NCBI GenBank assembly: GCA_963747935.1
Contig: CAVVGY010000006.1
Span: 30,443-94,442 of the forward strand
Direction of reading: 5' to 3'
DNA length: 64,000 nt
From: an uncultured Thermoleophilia bacterium
GTDB taxonomy: Bacteria > Actinomycetota > Thermoleophilia > UBA2241
Under the pieces are notes generated by a model that was given only the letters and a program-made list of their open reading frames with translations, was not told the origin of the DNA and made no database searches. The position numbers and the translations under genes are program-made. Shown one piece after another: positions 24,423-35,665 of this stretch. Each line of letters opens with the position of its first letter. The first letter of the stretch is position 1.

Positions 24423-26291
24423 GTGAACCAGCACGTACGTGTCCGACCATTCCTCGTCCTCGTCTTAGCTGCCTTCGTGTGCATCTTCGGCCTCGTCTGG
24501 GCGATGGAGGCGATGGGCTCGGAGAGCCCAGCCGCCGGTTCATCCGCACCGGCCGCCGGCGCCGACAAGGTGGTGTACCGCGTCGGCTGGACGCGCGAGC
24601 CGGACAACCTCAGCCCCTTCGTGGGCTACAACGCGCCGGCCTTCGAGATCTGGTACCTCACCTACGACTCGCTGGTGGGGTACGACCCGGCCACCCTCTC
24701 GCCGATGAAGGGCGAGAACTCCACCGGCCTCGCCACCGACTGGACCGTCAGCGACGACGGCCTCGTCTGGACGTTCACGCTCCGCCAGAACGCCAAGTGG
24801 TCCGACGGCGTGCCGCTCACGGCCAAGGACGTCGCGTTCACCTACAACTACATCATCAAGAACGAGATGGAGAACCTCACCGCGTACACGCGCCTCATCA
24901 AAGAAGCCACGGCGCTGGACGACTACACGGTGCAGTTCACCTGCAGCAAGCCCAAGCCCGACATGATCCGTCACTGGGTGCCGATCCTGCCCGAGCACAT
25001 CTGGTCCAAGGTCGACCCCAAGCAGGCGGCGAGCGGCAAGTACACCAACAACCCGCCCTACGTCGGTTCCGGCCCGTTCAAGGCCGAGGAGTGGAAGAAG
25101 ACCTCGCACGTCAAGCTGGTCGCCAACCCGACCTGGTGGGGTCCCAAGCCCAAGATCCAAGAGATCTACTTCATGGCCTACACCAACAACGACACCCTGC
25201 TGCAGGACATCATCGCCGGCACCATCGACGGCGGCGTCGACCTCACGGCCACGCAGATGAAGCAGCTCAAGACCGATCCCAACATCACCTCCCGGGCGAT
25301 CACCGTCGACGGCTTCGACGACCTCGGGTTCAACTGCTACGACGGTCCGAGCAAGGGCCACCCGGTGCTGAAGGACGTCAAGTTCCGCCAGGCCGTCAAC
25401 TGGGCCGTGGACCGCGACAAGATCGTCTCGCTGGTCTGGGGCGGCACCACCACGCCCGGCACCACCATCATCCCGCCGAACTACTACACGGACCCGGACT
25501 GGCACTGGGAGCCCCCGGCGGAGACGGCCTACAAGTTCGACCCCGAGAAGGCCAAGCAGTTGCTCGAGGCGGCAGGCTACACGGACTCGGACGGCAACGG
25601 CATCCGCGAGTACAAGGGCAAGGACATCGAGCTCGGCCTGATCGCGCGCGAGGAGTCGGCGCAGAGCCAGATGACCGGCAAGCTCGTCGCCGGCTGGTTC
25701 GGCGACGTGGGCATCAAGGTCAACCTCGAGGTCATGGACGAGGCGACGCTCGGCGACCGTGAGCTCAACTACGAGGGCGACACCTTCACCCCGGACTTCG
25801 ACATGTTCCTGTGGGGCTGGTACCTCGACTACGACCCGGGCTCCATGCTGAGCTACATGACCAAGAGTCAGATCGAGAACTGGAACGAGACCTGCTGGTG
25901 GAGCGCCGAGTACGACCAGCTGTACGACCAGCAGGGCCAGGAACTCGACCCCGCCAAGCGCAAGGTGATCATCGACAGGATGCAGCAGATCCTGTACGAG
26001 GAGTCCCCGTACATCGTCACCGACTACGCGCCCGACTTCGAGGCCTACAACACGGCCAAGTGGGACGGCTACATCCAGATCCCGAGCCCGAACGGCAACA
26101 CGCTGCTGCCGCCGTTCGGTAACGGGGGATACGCCAACTTCATCAGCATCCAGCCCAAGGTGGCCGAGGCCACCACGGAGAGCGGCAGCAACACCGGCGT
26201 CATCGTCGCCGTCATCGCCGCCGTCGTGGTGCTGGCGATCGTGGTGGTCGTCATCGTGATCCGGCGCAAGCCGGCGTCTGAGGAGGACTGA
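24423..26291 (+). CDS. Family-5 (peptide/nickel) ABC substrate-binding protein with C-terminal TM anchor
   Basis: Signal peptide, LATDWTVSDDGLVWTFTLR..KWSDG.PLTAKDV, GSGPF, C-terminal hydrophobic helix. Confidence 0.9.
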   Translation: MNQHVRVRPFLVLVLAAFVCIFGLVWAMEAMGSESPAAGSSAPAAGADKVVYRVGWTREPDNLSPFVGYNAPAFEIWYLTYDSLVGYDPATLSPMKGENSTGLATDWTVSDDGLVWTFTLRQNAKWSDGVPLTAKDVAFTYNYIIKNEMENLTAYTRLIKEATALDDYTVQFTCSKPKPDMIRHWVPILPEHIWSKVDPKQAASGKYTNNPPYVGSGPFKAEEWKKTSHVKLVANPTWWGPKPKIQEIYFMAYTNNDTLLQDIIAGTIDGGVDLTATQMKQLKTDPNITSRAITVDGFDDLGFNCYDGPSKGHPVLKDVKFRQAVNWAVDRDKIVSLVWGGTTTPGTTIIPPNYYTDPDWHWEPPAETAYKFDPEKAKQLLEAAGYTDSDGNGIREYKGKDIELGLIAREESAQSQMTGKLVAGWFGDVGIKVNLEVMDEATLGDRELNYEGDTFTPDFDMFLWGWYLDYDPGSMLSYMTKSQIENWNETCWWSAEYDQLYDQQGQELDPAKRKVIIDRMQQILYEESPYIVTDYAPDFEAYNTAKWDGYIQIPSPNGNTLLPPFGNGGYANFISIQPKVAEATTESGSNTGVIVAVIAAVVVLAIVVVVIVIRRKPASEED

Positions 26292-26346
26292 CCGCAGGCT
26301 GAGTGGGCCCGGGCCGCGGGAGCGGGCCCCGGGCACACGAGTGGTA

Positions 26347-26385
26347 CCGGAGGGGGCGGGCGCCTGAGGCGCCCGCCCCCTCCGG
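26347..26385. terminator. Strong hairpin after the SBP gene
   Basis: CCGGAGGGGGCGGGCGCC-TGA-GGCGCCCGCCCCCTCCGG perfect 18-bp stem. Confidence 0.7.
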
Positions 26386-26508
26386 CGTTCAGACGTTGGC
26401 CGCACCCTGCGATACATCCTGCGAGCGGCGCGGGCGCAGGCAAGCCGCTCGCCGCCGAGAGATGCTCCTCGCGACGCGGGCGGGACCGCCTTTGAGCCCC
26501 TCGCGGCT

Positions 26509-26636
26509 GGGAGGGTACTGTCGGTCCGGGGGTCGGAGCCTCGGATGGTGCCATCCAGGTGCTATCGAGGTGCCATCGGAGGTGCCATCGAGGTGCCATC
26601 GAAGGCGCCGACCCCCCGGAGCACACCACCCTCCCG
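26509..26636. repeat. REP-like palindromic element, copy 2, with five 11-12 bp tandem repeats in the loop
   Basis: CCGGGGGTCGG / CCGACCCCC stem; GGTGCCATCGA-like units at 26547-26602. Confidence 0.7.
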
Positions 26637-26736
26637 GCCTCTGCGGGACTGGCCGCCGGCCGCGGCGTGCGCCTCGCCCCCCGGGCCGCGCGGGTCGGGG
26701 ACGGGGTCGATCTCGTCTCCGCGGCGTCGCGGAGAC

Positions 26737-28653
26737 TCACGCCCCAGTCGGTGACGCGTCCGTGGCCGCGGGCCCGGCCGGGGCATCGGGCTCGGTGGCG
26801 GCGAGCCGCACGACGGCGAGCAGACGGGCGGCGGCGGACGCAGTGTCCTCGCCGCCCGCGAAGAACTTGCGCAGGTCCACCACGTTGGGAGCCGCCCGGT
26901 GGGCCTCGACCCAGGAGTGGACCAGCAGCACCTCGTCGATGGCGGCCGCCGGCAGCGGCGGACGCGGCCGCTCGGCCGCGCTGAGTTCGGCGAGGAACGC
27001 CTGCGCGGACTGCTCGCCGAACGCCCCGCGGCCGACCTCGCGCTCGACGGCGACGCGCCCGCCGCGCACGCCCCAGAGCGCGACCCAGCCGCGCCGGTGC
27101 GCCGGGTAGGCGAGCACGAGGTCGTCATGCTCGGCCGCGCGCAGGCGGCGCACGGTGCGCAGCACGCGCTCGAGCGTCTCGCGCTGGTTCTGCAGGCGGG
27201 CCGCCTGCTCGAACGCCAGCGTCTTGACGAACGCCTGCTGGCGCTCGACCAGGCGCGCGTCGAGCGCGTCGCCCTGGCCCTCGAGCACGCGGCGCACCTC
27301 GTCGACGATCGCCGTGTACTCGCCGTTGAGCGTGCGCTTGCAGGGTGAGAGGCAGGCCCCGGTGCCGGCGCGCTGGCAGGCGTGGTCGCGGCCGTCCTTG
27401 GGCAGGTGCGCGCAGGTACGCAGCGGGTAGGCGCCGTTGACGGTGTCGACGAAGCGCCGGGCCAGGGAGGCCTTGCGGAACGGCCCGGCGTAGTACGAGC
27501 CGTCGTCACGAAGGTTGGGCGTGGCGTACAGGCGTGGGTACTCCTCGGCGCTGAGCTTGACGTAGTGGTAGCTGCCGGCGCGGGTGCCCTGCGAGTTGTA
27601 CGGCGGCCGGTGTTTGCCGATGAGCCTGCTCTCGAGCAGCAGAGCGCCGAACTCCGACCCCGTCTCGACGACGTCGATGCGCTCCAGCAGTTCCAGCGCC
27701 TGGCGGGCGTGGAACGCCTGCCGCTGCAGGAAGTGGTCGCGCGTGCGGCGCCGCAGGTTCTCGGCCTTGCCGATGTAGAGCGGCGCCCCCTTGGCGTCGC
27801 GCATGATGTACACGCCCGGCGACGTCGGGATCTTCTCCGTGAACGAGATCTTGTGGTAGTTGCGGCGCGTGCCCGGCTCGCAGAAGCGCGCGACCTCCTC
27901 GAGCGTGTTCATGCCCTGCTCCTGCAGCCAGGAGAGGAACAGCAGGAGCAGTTCGCCCGTGGCCTGTGCGTCGTGCAGCGCGCGGTGCACGGGCTTGACC
28001 CGGGTGTCGAAGCGGTAGGCGAGGGCGCTCAGTGAGCACTTCTGCTGCGGGCAGAGCTTGCGCGCCATGCGCAGGGTGTCGAGCGCGGGCCGCGGGAACG
28101 TCTGCCCGCGCAGCCGGCCGAGCTCGTAGTCGAGGAACCCGAGGTCGAACGGCGCGTTGTGCGCGACCAGCACGGAGTGCGCCGAGAAGTCGACGAACTT
28201 GGGCAGCACGACCTCGATCGGCGGCGCGCCGGCCACCGTCTCGTCGTCGATGCCGGTGATGCCGGTGATCATGGCCGGGATGCGCATGCCGGGGTTCACG
28301 AGCGCGGAGAACTGGGCGACCTCGCGCCCGCCCTCCACGCGCACGGCGCCGATCTCGGTGATCTTGCAGAAGCCGGGGGTGGCGCCGGTGGTCTCGATGT
28401 CGACCACGGTGAAGGCGACGTCGGCGAGGTCGCGGCGGGTGGCGCGCCAGGCCGCGAGCCCAACGTGCACGTCGCTCTCCCACGCGAAGCGCTCGTCGCC
28501 CTCGACGATGTCGGCGACGAGCTTGCGCATGAGGTCCGGAGGGCAGTTGACGACGGGGAAGAGGCGCGGCCACACCTCGCGGTAGTCGAGGGCTTCGCCG
28601 GCCTGCTCGAGCAGGCAGTGGAACTCATCGACCGTGGTGAACGCCAGCTGCAC
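26737..28653 (-). CDS. DEDD (DnaQ-like) exonuclease fused to a GIY-YIG/UvrC-like domain
   Basis: VVDIETTG, VAHNAPFD, HRALHDA; PGVYIM..LYIGKAENLRRR; Cys cluster and UVR-like coiled coil. Confidence 0.88.
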   Translation of the reverse strand: MQLAFTTVDEFHCLLEQAGEALDYREVWPRLFPVVNCPPDLMRKLVADIVEGDERFAWESDVHVGLAAWRATRRDLADVAFTVVDIETTGATPGFCKITEIGAVRVEGGREVAQFSALVNPGMRIPAMITGITGIDDETVAGAPPIEVVLPKFVDFSAHSVLVAHNAPFDLGFLDYELGRLRGQTFPRPALDTLRMARKLCPQQKCSLSALAYRFDTRVKPVHRALHDAQATGELLLLFLSWLQEQGMNTLEEVARFCEPGTRRNYHKISFTEKIPTSPGVYIMRDAKGAPLYIGKAENLRRRTRDHFLQRQAFHARQALELLERIDVVETGSEFGALLLESRLIGKHRPPYNSQGTRAGSYHYVKLSAEEYPRLYATPNLRDDGSYYAGPFRKASLARRFVDTVNGAYPLRTCAHLPKDGRDHACQRAGTGACLSPCKRTLNGEYTAIVDEVRRVLEGQGDALDARLVERQQAFVKTLAFEQAARLQNQRETLERVLRTVRRLRAAEHDDLVLAYPAHRRGWVALWGVRGGRVAVEREVGRGAFGEQSAQAFLAELSAAERPRPPLPAAAIDEVLLVHSWVEAHRAAPNVVDLRKFFAGGEDTASAAARLLAVVRLAATEPDAPAGPAATDASPTGA

Positions 28654-28873
28654 GCGATAATCCTACGCCGCGGCGACGACGGATGCACGGGGAGACCGGG
28701 CGAACCGGCCGGCCGGCCGCGCGGCCGTCTCCCGGCCGCGGCTTGCACGCTTGCGGCGTGCGTCGTTACGCTGCGGTACGAACCGGGTAGGTCCCTGACG
28801 AGTTCCCGGAAGAGTGTGCTCCGGCGCCGCGGCAAGCCGCCCGGCCGGAGCCCCTGCGCAGAGGAGTCACCCC

Positions 28874-29298
28874 GTGGATGTTGAGAAGCTTCACAACGAG
28901 GTCCTGCGCGCATTCAACGACTCGTGCGTGATCGCCACCAGGCAGTACAGCGGCCGGGGCTTCCGTCCCGCCGCCGACGCCTACTTCGAGGAGGACACGC
29001 GCGAGATCGTGGTGCGCTTCGACCTGGCGGGCGTCGTGATGAGCGACATCGAGCTGCTCGTCGACCGGCGCGAGCTCGTCGTGCGCGGCGAGCGGTCGTT
29101 CCAGACCAAGGAGGGTCGTGTCTACCAGCAGGTGGAGATGGACTACGGTCCGTTCGAGCGCCGCGTGCGCCTCATGGTCGACGTGGACCCTGAGGTGACC
29201 ACGGCGACGTACGAGGCCGGCATCCTCGAGGTCAGGCTCACCCTGACCCCGCAGGGCGGCGCCCGCAAGATAGATATCCAGACCGGGGGAGGTGACGA

Positions 29299-29302
<4 letters not shown>
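28874..29302 (+). CDS. Hsp20/alpha-crystallin small heat-shock protein
   Basis: PAADAY, LVVRGER, YGPFERRVRL, ATYEAGILEV. Confidence 0.88.
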
Positions 29303-31941
<2,639 letters not shown>

Positions 31942-32238
31942 GCGGCGGGCCACAGGCGAGCTGAGCGCCGGTGACGGGCCGGGGAGGACGGACCTCCCCG
32001 GCCCGTCCCGCGTCCGGCGTCCGTACGCGCCGTCCGCCCATCGGGTTCATGCCGCGCAGGGCGGGGACCGGTGGCCGTGGAAGAGGCGGTGCTCAACATC
32101 TGCCTCTACGAAGTGCCGCCGGGCGAGCTGCTCGTGCGCGTCGGCTCGGGCGGCCCGCCTTGCTCAGCGTCCCGCCGCACCATACCCTACCCGGGGAGCG
32201 CGCCGGTGTCTCCGGCGCGCCCGCACGAGGGGAGAGCC

Positions 32239-33003
32239 TTGCCCGACGACACCATCACCGACGACGCAGCCCTGAGCGTGCCCAGTGCGGCCGTGCTGGG
32301 CCGGGCCGCGCCGAGCTTCGTGCTCATCCTGCTCGCCGACGCCGCCGTGCTGTGGGCGGCCGTGGCCGGCGAGTGGTCGGTGCTGGCCGTCGTGATCGCC
32401 TGCGTCATCGACGGCCTGGCCGACGGCGTGCTGGCCTGGCTCCGCGCCCGCGCCTCCTTCGCCGCCGGCTCCGCCACCGACGCGCGCGACGCAGTGCTCG
32501 TGCGCGAGTTCATCAAGACCTACCTCATCGTCGTCGGCGTCCAGGCCGTCGTCGCGTACATGGTGTTCGGCGGGCTGCTGCTCAAGCCGGGCGGCGAGGC
32601 TCCGGTCGCGCCCGGCGCGCCCTTCGTCACCTGGCAGTTCTGGGCCGTGGTGGCCGGCCTCGTGCTGGTGCGCATCCTCACGTACCTCTGGGACTTCGTG
32701 CGCGGCGGCGAGGCCGAGGTGGTCCCGCCGGAGGCGGTCGTGTCGGAGCCGCTCCGCCGCCTCTTCGTTCTGCAGTTCGGCGTGCTGGCCGGCGCCCTCG
32801 TCGTGTACTGGGTGTTCCACTCGGCGCTCGCCGGCCTGGTCGTCCTGCTGATCGCGAAGACGGTCGCCGACCTCGTGCTGGCGGTGCTCGAACGTTTGCG
32901 CGTGGCGCGCATCGTGGCGGCGGTGGCCGCCGGGATCCAGCCGCGCGGAGTGGTCGACCGCCGCTCGCGCGCCCGGCGCGGCGGCCGCAAGCGCCGCCGC
33001 TGA
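32239..33003 (+). CDS. Multi-pass membrane protein (DUF6498-like)
   Basis: Several TM segments, PLRRLFVLQ and KTVADL motifs; TTG start inferred from SD. Confidence 0.6.
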   Translation: MPDDTITDDAALSVPSAAVLGRAAPSFVLILLADAAVLWAAVAGEWSVLAVVIACVIDGLADGVLAWLRARASFAAGSATDARDAVLVREFIKTYLIVVGVQAVVAYMVFGGLLLKPGGEAPVAPGAPFVTWQFWAVVAGLVLVRILTYLWDFVRGGEAEVVPPEAVVSEPLRRLFVLQFGVLAGALVVYWVFHSALAGLVVLLIAKTVADLVLAVLERLRVARIVAAVAAGIQPRGVVDRRSRARRGGRKRRR

Positions 33004-33085
33004 CGGCGCCCGGACTGCGGCGGACCCTCCGGCCGCGTGCCCCGCTTGTCGCCGGCGCGACGGCTGCGTTAGACTGCCCTTGTAG

Positions 33086-33101
33086 TCATCCGGCCGGATG
33101 A
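33086..33101. promoter_or_regulatory. Putative TetR operator TCATCC-GGCC-GGATGA
   Basis: Perfect palindrome just downstream of -10-like TAGACT (33070-33075) before tetR. Confidence 0.6.
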
Positions 33102-33178
33102 ATCCCGGCGAGTCCCGCCGGGGCGCCGGTCATGTCCTGAGGGGTCGTCCTGTGGCTGTCCGCCGACCGCTCGTCGTC

Positions 33179-33766
33179 GTGGAAACGACGGTCGAGCCGC
33201 TGAATCCTACGGCGCAGCGCATCCTCGAGGCCGCCAAGGAACTGCTGGCCCAGAAGGGGTTCTCCGCGCTCACGCTCGAGGCCATCGCGGCTGAGGCCGG
33301 CGTCAACAAGGCGGCGACGCGGTACCACTTCGGCAGCAAGGCTGGGCTGCTCGAGGCGCTCGTCGACGAGATCGTGCTCGATGAGTGCGCGTCCATGGCG
33401 CACGACCTCACCGGCGAGCCCACCCTCGACGAGCGCCTGGACAGCTTCTTCCGGAGCGTGCGCCGCATCGCGGTCGAGCCTGCCACGTTCGGTGGGTTCT
33501 TCGACGTCCTCCCACACGCTCTGCGCGACAAGGCGCTGCGCAAGCGCCTCGTGTACCTCTACGAGGTCTGGTACCAGTGGAACGCCGAGTGGCTGGACCT
33601 CGACGCGCTCGACGACGAGCGCAGGGAGGCGCTCGCCGGGTTGGGCCGGCTCGCAGCGGCCACTATCGACGGCATCGCCATCCAGAGTTCGATCCACGGC
33701 GCCGCCTACGACCCGGAGCCGACGCTGCGGGCCTTCCGGTTCTGTCTGGAGTCCGTGCTCCGCTGA
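33179..33766 (+). CDS. TetR/AcrR-family regulator (start uncertain; ORF opens at 33098)
   Basis: RILEAAKELLAQKGFSALTLEAIAAEAGVNKAATRYHFGSKAGLL HTH. Confidence 0.9.
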   Translation: METTVEPLNPTAQRILEAAKELLAQKGFSALTLEAIAAEAGVNKAATRYHFGSKAGLLEALVDEIVLDECASMAHDLTGEPTLDERLDSFFRSVRRIAVEPATFGGFFDVLPHALRDKALRKRLVYLYEVWYQWNAEWLDLDALDDERREALAGLGRLAAATIDGIAIQSSIHGAAYDPEPTLRAFRFCLESVLR

Positions 33767-33814
33767 GCGCACCTCCGGTGCGGTACGCCCGCGCAGGACC
33801 TTCGATCCCCAGCC

Positions 33815-33876
33815 TTGTCATGGTCACCTGCCTGTGCTAGCGTGCGTCCCGCGATTCATCCCTCCGGATGGATGAA
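33815..33876 (+). promoter_or_regulatory. Sigma70-type promoter plus second TCATCC/GGATG operator
   Basis: TTGTCA (33815-33820)-N17-TAGCGT (33838-33843); TTCATCC-CTCCGGAT-GGATGAA at 33855-33876. Confidence 0.65.
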
Positions 33877-33993
33877 ACTCGACTCGTTGCCAGGGGGCGA
33901 TGAAGGAGGTCTCGCACAGGCACACGGCGTTGACGCGGCGGGTGCGACCCGCCGCGGTGTCAGTCGTCATCTACTGACAAGGGGGACCCTGCC

Positions 33994-34176
33994 ATGCCAA
34001 CAGATGAAGAGATCGTCCATCTCAAGAGCGAGCTCGCGGCGCGACTGGAACTCGTGAACAGCGACCCGGAGTACGAGGGGAAGCCGGCGACCGCGCGCGA
34101 CCAGATCATCCTCGCAGTGGTCGGGCTCGTCGTCCCGGCGATCATGATGATCGGGGGGTGGTTGATCTATGCCTGA
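33994..34176 (+). CDS. 60-aa single-TM protein overlapping the permease start
   Basis: SD AAGGGGG, C-terminal hydrophobic helix, stop overlaps next ATG. Confidence 0.7.
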   Translation: MPTDEEIVHLKSELAARLELVNSDPEYEGKPATARDQIILAVVGLVVPAIMMIGGWLIYA

Positions 34177-35665
34177 CGCACCGAGCAGCATGGAGCGGTC
34201 GGCCATCCGCGAAGCGGCGGAGGGCAGCTGGCCGGTCCTGCCGGGAGAACGCAACTGGGGACTCGTCGGGATCTTCGCGGTCACGATCTCGGCCGGTATC
34301 GCCGCGTGGAGCTACTCCATCGGCGGCGCGGTGTCCTGGTACCTGACCGCCGGCCTGGGGACCATCGCCATGATCGCCGGGTCCCTGGTGGGCATGTACT
34401 TCGTCACGGCGGCGGCGATGCCGGTGAGCGTCAAGTACGGCATCGACACCATCGCCGCCTGCAAGCCGCAGTACGGCACCAAGGGATCCGTGTTCGGGAT
34501 CTTCGCGCAGTACGCCTCGATCGTGGGGTGGAACTGCATCCTGATCATCTTGTTCGGCCGCGCCGCCGCCAACGTGCTCGCGGCCGGCGGCGTCATCGGC
34601 GAGGACTGGGTGTACCGCGTGTCGGTGATCCTCTCGCTCGTCACGATCGCCTACGTGTTCTACCTGGTCATCGGAGGCGCGGATTCCGTCCGCAACAACT
34701 CGATCTGGATCGCCGTGGCCGTCGTGATCGCCGGCCTGGTGGTGCTCTTCAGGCTGCTCACCCAGGTCGGCTGGGACACGATCGCGGCTGGCGAGCCCGC
34801 CTACGCGTCCGGCGACCTGCACCTCGACTACACGCTCGGCTTCGAGATCCTCGTCGCGACCGTGCTCTCGTGGTGGCCCTACATGGGCGGGATCATGCGC
34901 ATGAGCAAGAGCGTGAAGCAGGCCCTGCTGCCCTCGATGATCTGCCTCGGCATGATCACCGGAGTCATCGGGCTCATCGGGCTGTACGCCGGACTCGCGA
35001 CCGGCGATCCCGACCCGTCCATCTCGTTCGTCAAGGTCACCGGCCTGTGGATGGGCATCGTCGCGGTCGTCTTCATCGCCCTGGCCAACATCGGCACCGC
35101 GATCGTCGGCGTGTACGCCACCGGCATCGGGCTCAAGCAGATCCCCGCGCTGCAGTACCGCCTCAACTGGAAGTGGACGACCGTCATCGTGCTCGCGCCG
35201 GTAGCGATCATCGCGGCGTTCGTGCCCAACTGGTTCATGGACCACAGCCTCACCTACATGTACTTCCTCGGCCTGGTGTTCGCGCCCATCTGCGGCATCC
35301 AGATCGCGGACTACTACTTCTTCCGGCACCAGCGGCTCGACATGGTCTCGCTGTTCGACTACACGCCCGCGAGCCGTTATCACTTCTGGGGCGGCTTCAA
35401 CCCGGCCGCGTTCGTCGCCACGGCCGTCGGCTTCTTCGTCTATTGGTACCTGCTGGACCCGGTCACCTACGTCAGTCACAACGCGACCGCGTTCAAGTGG
35501 ATCAGCGCGTCGATCCCGTCGCTGCTCTCCGCGGCGGTGGTCTACGGCGTTCTCACCGCGCTCGTCATCAAGCCGCTGCGCAAGGGCGGGTACGAGCGCG
35601 TCCAGGCGCCGGTCTCCGTGCCCGCCGCCGCGGTGATGGAGACCGCGGGGAAGGCGGGCGAATGA
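34169..35665 (+). CDS. NCS1 / cytosine-purine permease family transporter
   Basis: About 12 TM segments, KYGI...YGTKGS, APICGIQIADYY, GGFNP motifs. Confidence 0.85.
   Translation: MPDAPSSMERSAIREAAEGSWPVLPGERNWGLVGIFAVTISAGIAAWSYSIGGAVSWYLTAGLGTIAMIAGSLVGMYFVTAAAMPVSVKYGIDTIAACKPQYGTKGSVFGIFAQYASIVGWNCILIILFGRAAANVLAAGGVIGEDWVYRVSVILSLVTIAYVFYLVIGGADSVRNNSIWIAVAVVIAGLVVLFRLLTQVGWDTIAAGEPAYASGDLHLDYTLGFEILVATVLSWWPYMGGIMRMSKSVKQALLPSMICLGMITGVIGLIGLYAGLATGDPDPSISFVKVTGLWMGIVAVVFIALANIGTAIVGVYATGIGLKQIPALQYRLNWKWTTVIVLAPVAIIAAFVPNWFMDHSLTYMYFLGLVFAPICGIQIADYYFFRHQRLDMVSLFDYTPASRYHFWGGFNPAAFVATAVGFFVYWYLLDPVTYVSHNATAFKWISASIPSLLSAAVVYGVLTALVIKPLRKGGYERVQAPVSVPAAAVMETAGKAGE

Noticed and set aside
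26547-26602. Tandem repeats as a CRISPR array
   Set aside because: Units are 11-12 bp with no spacers, and there are no cas genes
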